A stretch of 64,000 nt of DNA from a virus. Lineage: Duplodnaviria; Caudoviricetes. The translations under genes were made by a program, and so were the position numbers. How positions within the stretch are numbered: the first letter of the stretch is position 1; every line of letters starts with the position of its first letter. Below are positions 54,093-64,000 of the stretch, piece after piece. The DNA is taken from positions 1 through 64,000 of the IMG/VR virus record IMGVR_UViG_3300033463_000049; one strand, 5' to 3'. The notes beneath the pieces were generated by a model. That model made no database searches and was not told the DNA's origin. It saw only the letters and a list, made by a program, of their open reading frames with translations.

Positions 54093-56017
54093 GAGATAGA
54101 AAATATATAAAGAACAGAAAACAGCTTCCTAAATTTGATCCGGGTAAGCCGGACACTGGGGTAGGTGCTGGCAATAATTGGTAGAATATAGATCCAACTT
54201 CTGCTATTACAGGTACTCTAAATACAGCAGCGTCTATTTATGACGCACACCAATTTACTACTACATCTGACGACTATATCAACAAATATGGGTCTACTAA
54301 CTCTAACATAGGTGGAATCGGTTATACTAAATACAACGATATAGACCGTGGTAGAGAGATGGATATAGTTGGAAGAGAAAATACATAGAATACGTTTAAG
54401 ACAACGTTAGCTGGTGTTGGCGCAGGTGCTGCAATCGGTTCAATCATACCGGGCGTAGGTACTGCAATTGGTGCTGGAGTCGGCGCTCTTGTTGGTGGTT
54501 TAGGAGGCCTTGTTGGAGGTTTGTTTGGTGGTTCTCATCGTAAACATAAGGCTCGTCAAGAAATGAGAGAAGCTCAGCAAAGAGTTGACAACTATAATGA
54601 GATGAACAGATCTGATGCACTCACTACTTCCCTGCAGCTCAAACAAGCAGAAAAGTACGGAGATAGCAGATCTCAGTTGTTGTTTAGTGCAAATCTTGGA
54701 AAGCCGAGTGGGTTTAATCCAAGCAAGGCCGTTTCTAGTTTAAAACCTGTGCACACCGTTGCAGGAAAGGTAACAGCTCCGCAAAACTCGTTTACTAGAC
54801 TACATGAAGGATTGTGGAACAAAGATGAAGAGCTGGCACACTTTGTAGACGAAGGTCCGAACGATACCGCACCTAGTTATTTAAGAGATGGAGACGTCGC
54901 CTTCGGAGCTACAAAAAATCCAGAGACCAATAATAAATTTGAAGACGATGCTGAACCGTACATTCGTATTATGGAAGCTATAAACAAAAATAGACCGAAG
55001 GGGGATGGTCCACTTGGAGAATCGTCTAGAAAAACATACGACATGGCCGTTAAGAATATAAAGCAGAATGCTGTAAATAATTTAAATCATTTAGAAGATG
55101 TTATGAATGCTACGATGGCATATAATAAATATAATTGCGGAAAGCCAAAATTTGATCCCGGTAAACCAGATACCAGGTCCTCCTTAGAGAAGAATGGCCT
55201 AGCAGATGAATACGGACTCACATGGTGGGGAAACGCAGTCCCTTCGTCGATAGGGGCATTAGCTAGCCTCGCATAGTATTTTGAAGCAAAAGGAGATAAA
55301 CCGTATAGACCAGATACATATGTGCCAAATAGATTTTAGGATAAAGGTTTAGCTCTCCTTTCCAGCCTTAGAATAAATCCATATGGCACAATGTAGCAGT
55401 TAAGAGACGCAGAAGCCCGTACAAATAGTGCAGTTACTTCTTCTGGTGGATTGAGTACGGCTTAGAAAAATCTAGCAAGAATTGCTTCTCTACATGGAAC
55501 ACAGCAGCAGATTGGTAATATGTTGAATAGCATACAAGCTCAGAATAACTCATATTTCTCCAATTATGCAAATGCTTTGTTGGCACAAGGACTCGGAGAT
55601 GCCCGACGTAGTCAAGCTGCTAAACAGTATGATCTTGAGTATTATGCTAAAGCACATGCTGCAAGACAATAGATGCAGCAAATGGGTATGCGTAACTTCT
55701 TGGATTATATTCAGCAGTATGGCAGAAATGAGTTTGAAAGAAAGAACGCTCTTGCAAATATCGGAATGTACAAACAGTCTATTGATATTGAAAGGGAGAA
55801 ATTGGATAGATAGTTCCCGAAAACGAAGGCACAGGATGCTTCTTCTACTACATGGACTGGCGGAATACCTTATGTAATTGCCCCTGAGATATTAGATAAG
55901 ATTCCAGGAGCAGTTACTCAACCTACATTACAATTTGTACCGGGACCACAAAACTGGCAAAAGCCAAGGAATACGTGGGCAGATAACATTATGAACCAAT
56001 ACGGATGGGGACGATAA
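54083..56017 (+). CDS. ejected cargo protein with glycine-zipper TM region (644 aa)
   Basis: GVGAGAAIGSIIPGVGTAIGAGVGALVGGLGGLVGGLFGG; Gln/Ala-rich helices. Confidence 0.75.
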
Positions 56018-56018
56018 T

Positions 56019-58145
56019 ATGATATACGCTTATGATCAGAATATACAATATCCAGTAAAGGATTTGTATGATAGCTAGATGATAGCAATGAGTATTGCTG
56101 CAGCTAAGGATATGTATGAGAAGGGTCAATAGGAAATCAAAGAGTTTAAAAAGGAATTTGGAGATTTTTACAGTCCGTTTAAAAAGGACATGGCTAGGTA
56201 TGGTCAAATCGTAAGCGGAGTAAAAGACACCATTGACAATCTTTACGCAAACGGAATAGATCCAATTAGAAGTGCAGAAGGTAGGGCTGCTGTCAGCAGA
56301 GCTATTCAGAGTGTTGATCCTGCTGAATTGAATAACATGCGCGCAAATGCAAAAGTTGGATATGCGTATTTGGATGCATTGCAGAAGTTAAATTCTCAAG
56401 GCAAATATGATCCAAACATGCAGAATGCGTATTTGAGATCACAAGGCTTGCCGACATTTGAAGAGTTTAGTTCTGAGGGTGGTAACGCATGGACCCAATC
56501 TTCGCCAATGGAAGCTATAAACCTCAGAGACCTAACCTCTCCGGGCTTTGCGCATAGAACTGCACACGAGCTTACCAGGGAGCAAGCTATGCGAGAAATG
56601 GGATCTTCATATGACCCGAGAGCAAAATATACCGGATTTACATATGACGATCTGTTTGATACGGCCGGAATGCTTGTTCCAGGACTTCGCGGAGATTGGA
56701 GAGCTGAATATTTCAGGGATATTTCTGCACAAAAAGCACTGGCTAAGAATCCAAATGCCACGCAAGCAGACATTGATAAATAGTTTTAGAGTGATATTGC
56801 TGAAGCAAACAGATAGTGGATAATAGAGCCGAGTGGAAAATTGGACGATTACTACAAAGAGGCTGGATTGCAATTAGATAGGCAAAAGCTTGGATTGGAA
56901 GCTGCGAGAATGGCACAAGCACAGCGCAATGCAGACAGATCTTTCCAATTAGAACTGCTTAAAAATGGAATAGGAATAGATCCAAAGACTGGAAGATTTG
57001 TTGCCGCCACACCATCAGACATGAGTGGATATGTCCAACCGGTAGAACAGAGGTAGATTGATAAAAATGTAAAAGGTAGAGCAGACGCTCTCGGTAGTTA
57101 TCAATAGGTACTATAGTTATGGATGCAACAGAATCAGAAGACAATTGACGACTACGAAAGAGAAAAGCGTGCGAGTACTATCGGATATAGAGAAGAACAG
57201 ACGCCTGCTACAAAAATTTCAAAATATCCAAGTGCAGTAGGTGGGGTTATTCCGCAATTTGGTAACACATCTGGTACGATTACTAAAAAAGTTCCGTACA
57301 TAAAAAATGCAGCATCTGATGAGCGACTTGCTAAATTAAAGAAAAACGCAGACACCGCTAGATACAATATCAGAGAAATAAAAAAGATGATGTCTGGTGG
57401 AGTTGAACAGCTTAAACGTAGAGGTTACTTGGATGCAAACGGATTCCCGACTGAAAGATATACCAAACTTGTTACAAAACTGTATCTCAATAAGGATAGA
57501 ATGGCGGGTTTGTCGCAAACACAAAAACAGTAGACTGTAAACGGATTGTTTAACTCGCTATATTCTGCTGGCGATTTGGCGGCTGGTGATTTCAAAAATT
57601 GGAGAGATTCTCAATTTGCTTCTGGTAATTTAGAGACGCTTCCTGGAACCAAAGATAAGAAAATGAGATCTGTATACACAGGAGAATATACCTACGCTCC
57701 AGTATACAAGAATGCTGCTCTTGGTGTAAAGATGGGCGAATCTTCGATGGAAATTCGAATAAATAATTGGCTTACTAATAATATACAGGCATGGGACTTC
57801 TCCAGTAAAAAGTAGGATTATTTCTTACCTGGTAAAGGCGGAGAAAAATATGCAACCGAAGGTCCTCTGTTAATATCAGAAACGTCGTTAAAAGAGTTTG
57901 CAAAACTGTATGGATATAGTCTTTCAGATGTAACTAAAAAACAGAATCTCCGCAGACATTCCTATAAAAAGGAAGGATCTCCGTACGAAACTGTTTATTA
58001 CGAAATTCCAGTATTTAAAGATTTGAATAATAACGGAGGCTTTAATTATTATAGAATAAACGAAACTGTGAATAAAAAAGACTTCGGTTCGAGTTAGAGT
58101 GCAAAAGACAGAGAAGATGCACAACATCAGTCTGTAATGAATTGA
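56019..58145 (+). CDS. putative cargo or ejection protein (708 aa)
   Basis: Single frame through TAGs; position after the first cargo gene. Confidence 0.7.
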
Positions 58146-58149
58146 TTGT

Positions 58150-61100
58150 ATGAAAAAACAAATATATAACCCTAGATATCAACAAGGTGAAGCGATATTG
58201 TAGAACCTGCGGAGCAATAAAGTCCGCAGGTCTTACGCTTCATATGCCCCTGTGTACGAAGGCGTTATATCTCCAATAGAGTATGAGTAGAACGACAGCG
58301 CAGCGCAATACGATTCTAGTGGAGATGTTGTAGCGGAAGACAAGGGAGGAGTACTTTCCGGAATAGGAGAGTTTTTATTTGGAGATTATCACCACGCTGC
58401 AGATAGATTTGCGGAAGCAAGTTTAGCAGACTCGTGGAGATTGTTTCACGAAAAACGTCTGCAGGCAGAAACTACTAACAAATTAAATCTGGTTTCAGAA
58501 GCAGAAAGTAAACTCAGTGAATTAAAACGCGCTGAAGATTATGCGGATTCTGTCGATAAATATAATAATCTTCTACAGTAGTATTCTAATGCAATAAAGT
58601 AGAACAACTTAGAAGGCGCGCGCAACATAAAGAGTGAAATAGATAAGTGCATAAAAGACATCGTTTCTTTTTAGACCGATATAAAATTTAAAGGCAAAAA
58701 CAGCGATATAAATGTAGATTTGTTTTTCGATCCGTCGAAAGATGAAAAACAAGGAAAGTATATTAGAAACGAGGTTCGTAGAAACGTTTTAAAAGAAAAC
58801 TTAACTTGGGATAGAAGAGAGCCAATTGGTACATCGGCTGCGTTATCTTGGGTTTAGAATTTGTTTGAGAGCGGTCAAATGGCCATACAAAAGGCGATTT
58901 CTCCAGAACAAGCTAGAGGAAACTTTACAAAAAAAGCAATCAAATAGAGTTTATCTGGAGACAGGTGGACCGATTATTTATTCGAAGGGTATGACGAAAA
59001 AGATGGTCCAACTACTACGGATTTGCGAAACAAGATACAGCCTTATAAAAACTATTGGGAAAGACAGTTAGAGAATCGAAAGATTGATGCTATTAAATCC
59101 AGTATTTAGTATAAAAACGGAAACTGGTTGTTTGATCCTCAAAAAATAAATCCAAAGTTTAGACAATACTCTGAAAACAACGATTCTGGTCTAATTGGAG
59201 GATTGCTTCCAGACCAACTGCTGTATTCGTTTTCTGAACTCGGAAGTTCTTGGAGTGATTGGCAAAATATGGCATTGATGACAATGTCCGATGTCGCAGC
59301 AGGATATGGTGCAAAGGTTCTTACTAATTTCGCAGTAAAGAGAAGTCCTTATATAAACGCAGTTTTAGCAATAGACCAATATAACAGATTGAAAACTGCG
59401 GGAAGATTTGCAGAAGCTTCTAAACTTGAAAAGACTGTTGCCGCTGCAAAAAAACTGGTACCACAGGCCGTAGTATCCGGAGTAAATTCAATAGAATCGG
59501 TAGGAAAAGGGGCCGCTATGTTGGCAAGTACATATTTTATAAATAGAATGCGTCAACATGAGACCAATTCCGAAGTAATGGATGCCTGGTCGAATCGTGT
59601 TTTACAGAATGCGATGGACAAAAATGCAGATATGACGAAAGTGCTAAATAACACAAAGGAATATCTGACGCAAATAGGAATACCTACCGAAAACATGACA
59701 GATATAGACCTCGTCCAACATGCTTTGGCGTACAACATACCAAGTGGAGATTCTACTTTCGAACAAGAAAAGGAATCCGCACGCAAGGGATTGGATAAAG
59801 TCTACAACGAAAACATGTCACTTGCAGCAAAGGATTACGTAGAGGCCTTGCCGTTTTTGTCGTTTTAGGGGTCTGTTTTAAAATCAATAGGAAACGGGTT
59901 TGTCAACAAATTAAAAGATAGAACCTACGCAAATGTGGCGAGGGGTATATTGGACAAGACCGCAGAAAGAGCTGTATCTAAGACGTTTTTAAATAGCAAT
60001 TTATCTAGCAAACTGGCATCCAAGCATACAGCAGATTACTTAGAGAGAGCTTTAAAAAAAGCTGGTTGGGTAGGTACTATGGAGGGTATCGAAGAAGGTC
60101 AGCAACATTTATTGCAGCAAAGATATTCGAGAGGCGAGTATGATGATTATAATACTCCTACGTCTCAATTCTCTCTTCCGTCCGTATTTAGAGACTTTAA
60201 TCTTGGTACAGATGCCGTCGGTGCATACTTGGGAATATTGTACGGCGATCCAGATAACGGCACTCCAGAATTGCGCAGGGCAATGCAAATAGGTGCAGTA
60301 GCTGGCATGTTGGGCGGCGGATTCGGCTTGGGTCTTGCATCAAACGTCCTTCCGTCAGAAGGTAGAGATAATATACGAAATTTAACAGCTCAACTTAGAA
60401 GTGATTTTGCTATAAACAAGATTTTGGGAGATTCTTACGGCACAGCTCAAGACACTGCTCACATGAACATGTTTTATGACGCCATGTAGAAACACGGTGT
60501 TACAAGGTAGCGGTTGCAGCAAAGCTTGGAGGATCTTCGACAATTTAAAGGGGAAAACGTCACCGATGATTATATTTCACGCGATGTAGAACTATTAAAT
60601 GATGTCTGGTACTATACGAACAGTGACAAGTTTAATTCTTCTATGAAGGACAGGAATATAAAAAAGAACTCTCCGGAATATAAAACCGAGGTTATAAATG
60701 CCGCCAAAAGAAGAACTTAGGTACGAGAACAGCTTCGATTTATACAAGAAAAGCTCAGAGAGCAGGATGGAATGAAAAATTCTGTTCTTAGAAAAGTATT
60801 TAATTCTTCTGACGGATTTAGTGAAGCCGAAGATCCGGAGGTAGACAGATTGGTGGATCAACTGTGGAAATCATACGACGAGTATAAAATAAACAGAAAA
60901 CAGACTCGTAAAAAGCTGGAAGAAGCTTTAAATAACGTTTAGACAAACGAGTATTCTCAAGAATGGCAGTTAAAGAAGGCAGAACAAGATTTGGAAGAGT
61001 TTGACAAATCTCAGGAACTTGGGTGGCATGATTATTTGGATCAGACCATTGACAAAATGATCGCCTATAGAACTCTCCAAAATGCAGAAATTTTAACAGA

Positions 61101-64000
61101 AAACCTCACTTCTTCAAAGGAAGTTGTCGATACGATTTCTAAAGAGCTCGGATTGGGAATAGAATCCCCGAAAATTCAACCTTATTTGGACGCTCTTCAG
61201 TTACAAAAAGACCAATTATATAAGAATCTTGAAAATGACGACGTTTATAATCAAAACGAACTTCGTAAATAGTTGAATGCAGCAAGAAAAAAGGGGCAGC
61301 CTATACTCCCACTTATAGAAAATATTGCGGCAAGAATAGAAAAGAAATATGGTAGACTTCCGTTCTAGGATGAAATAGATAGTATTCAGCAAAATATGCT
61401 TTTGAGTAGGGCATATTATGATGTAATGAAACCTATTTCTGACATGTATCATACTGGCGAAATAGATCCGAGATTGGCGGCGAAAGCAGTGTCTACTATA
61501 TCATGGAAGAGTTTGTCTAAAGAAGAGCGAAAACTATACTTGGACACCATTAATGACGAGCGACAAAAGGATGGTAAAAACCCATTAAATGAAAAGAGTA
61601 TAATTTTTGAATACTCTAAGCGCCAAAAAGATTCGATAAAAGACATAAAGGCTTTGTCGGAACAATACGCGAAGCATTTACAAGAACACAAAGATGAAGA
61701 CGACAGCGGAAATGTAGATGTAGACGCCGAGGATATGAGAAAGCGCGCCGCTCAAATGCTGATGGATTTCGAACGTTAGAAGTTTGAAGATCTGCGTAGA
61801 ATTAATCATAGAGAATATTTGCGCGAGGACTCTACAGTTAGTGTAGAAGATGCTGCTAAAAATGGCGACGAAGATGCCAAGCGAGTGTTGCAAGAAAATC
61901 TACAAAGTTATTCTAACGATGAAATGTCAGATCGCGATGTGATCGGTGAGAGAACGGATTAGATTTTAACAGACACGCCAACAACCGTTTCGACTGACGA
62001 ATCTCCGCAGGAGCAGACAATAACATCTACTGATTCTGGTAGGCCTGTGATAGAATCTCCATCAGACGAATCAAATTCTATAGATAATGCGTCGGCAGAA
62101 GGTGAAAATGTTATATATGCCCCATCTGACGAAAGTGGGCCTCAGCCTATCGACAAACCATCTGACGAAAGTGGGCCTCAGCCGATAACGCAGACGCAGA
62201 TGACGTCTCAAGAGAGACATTTGCGTCACTTGTTGGGATATGACGACGAAGAGGTTGGTTAGTATTAGGCGCCGTCTGATGAAAGTGGAGAATAGTCCGT
62301 TGACAAATATGACCAATATGATACTCGCGACTATATAGAAAAGGAAAGCGACGAAACTTCTATAGACGAGCAGTAGGCGCTAATTGATATAGACGACCAC
62401 GGATCGTCTAGATATGACGACTTCTTGCAAAGTAGAGACGAACGCACAATATAGTCTACAGATTAGATATATTCGAATTTCTTACATTAGACATTCAAAT
62501 ATGCTAACTATGCCGGGGATGACGAACTTCCGACAATAATAACTAAAAAGATTGTACGTGATGTAAACGGAAATCCTATTGTAAAGAACGGAGAAATTCA
62601 GTACGAAGAAAACCCTCTAAAGTTCAGAAACGGCGCACAGCTTAGATCTGGCGGACAACTCGCTAAAAAGCTTTTGATTCCGGGTTGGTTTGAGAAGGCA
62701 GATAAGTATTTTGTAATAACTGCTGATGAATCTACTGTTTAGGATATAAAAAATCCAGATAATCTTGTTGTTATAATGGTAATTCAAGACGGAAATGATG
62801 CATATTGTACATTCATGACAGGTCTTGAGATAAAAATAAACAAGAACGGAGGAGTGTTGTCAAACGGCGAAAAGGAAATTCGCAACAGAATGAAAACCAT
62901 GTATTATTCTTCGTTCTATACGCAAGACGATTCTGGTATTACCGAGCATGTTGTAAAAGACGAATATGGAAATATCGATGAAGACGAAGTTCGTCTTGGA
63001 CGATAGATAGTAATGATGTCTCAATATATTGCGGAACATCCTGGAGAAGATACTTCAAAGCTCACGCAAGAAGAATTGTGGAAAAAAGCTGCAAGTTGGT
63101 ATTCGTCTTCAGATCAAAAGGTTGTCAACAAGGTAGATTTTGCTGTAAGGCGCTTTTTATCTGGAGATCGCCCCGTATATAGTAATGAGAAAATAGAAGA
63201 AGAAATATCTAAACTTCGAGAGGTAAGAAATAGTATAATAGACGCATGTCTTACCAAAGATAAGTGGGGAAATTACCAATTATACTACGATCCGAGCCAA
63301 TACAAGTATGTGAAACCTTTAAATCCAAGAACTAGTGGTGGTAAGATAAACGACGTTAGAGAGGATGGAAAGCCAGTATTCAGAAAACTTACCGACGGTG
63401 GATTTGAAATGAGTACCGACATAGAGGAACTCACCAGACAAATAGCCGATGAAGAAGTTATGATAGGCGTCGGTCTCGGTGAAAGATCGTTTGCATATAA
63501 GAGCGGAGAAAAAGCTCCTATTGCAAAGCTGGATCCGGAATCTACCGGCAATTATAATGAAGCTGGTTACGGACACTCTGGTAAAATCTATTATATCGCA
63601 ACTACTGTAAATGGCGACAGGAGAGCTATTCAGCTTTTTGAAAAAAAGTTTAAAGACAGTATAGAAAAAGTTGAGGCCGAGTATGTAGAAGAGTCGATAC
63701 TCCCGAACGGAAAGATTGCCGAAGGAGAAACTCCGACCATTAGTGAATTTATATTGAGACTGGTCACCGATACTATTTCTGACGACGTATTCGAAGGAAT
63801 GCCTGTAAGATATATACCGCAGTTTAAAAAGCAGTTATTGAAGATACTTGTAAATGCAGACCATAGTACTTGGGTAAGGGCAAAAAATGAATCGAAACAA
63901 CAGCATTTTGCTCAGAAGCAGTTCTTTTTTGACGACGAAACGGGTGATTTGATAATCGCACTGCCGGACCAAAATGGTGTATATAAACACACCAAGTTTA
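58150..64000 (+). CDS. giant virion protein, 3'-truncated by the window (virion RNAP-associated or cargo class)
   Basis: More than 1950 codons in one frame with TAG=Gln; EGIEEGQQ motif. No RNAP catalytic motif seen within the window. Confidence 0.75.
62059..62290 (+). repeat. coding PSDES(G) repeats
   Basis: CCATCTGACGAAAGTGGGCCTCAGCC at 62122 and 62158 (36-bp period); variants at 62059 and 62272. Confidence 0.8.

Noticed and set aside
18561-64000. Mass pseudogenisation or frameshifts suggested by fragmented ORFs
   Set aside because: Fragments stay in one frame and the breaks I traced are all TAG; this is recoding, not decay.

Overview
This window is part of a crAss-like (Crassvirales) Bacteroidota phage genome that reads TAG as glutamine. 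The supplied ORF track uses the standard code, so it fragments most genes right of about 18.5 kb; with TAG=Gln they rejoin into continuous genes ending in TAA or TGA. Left arm (1-15.5 kb, minus strand): small early and accessory genes, a tRNA cluster, a tRNA-Gln-like gene split at the anticodon by an HNH gene plus a nested intact tRNA-Gln, a circularly permuted (two-piece) tmRNA, and two large structured non-coding regions. A divergent promoter pair sits at about 15.6 kb. Right arm (plus strand): GroES-like and HU-like genes, an RNA cluster containing a highly non-canonical amber suppressor tRNA(CUA), dUTPase, an adhesin/GH2 module, a five-gene cassette of unknown function, GH108 endolysin, terminase, portal, scaffold, major capsid protein, ring/tail proteins (one split around a large Ig-rich insertion), holin and spanin, tail stabilization protein, ejected cargo proteins, and the start of a giant virion protein. 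All family assignments come from reading motifs by eye; no searches were run.
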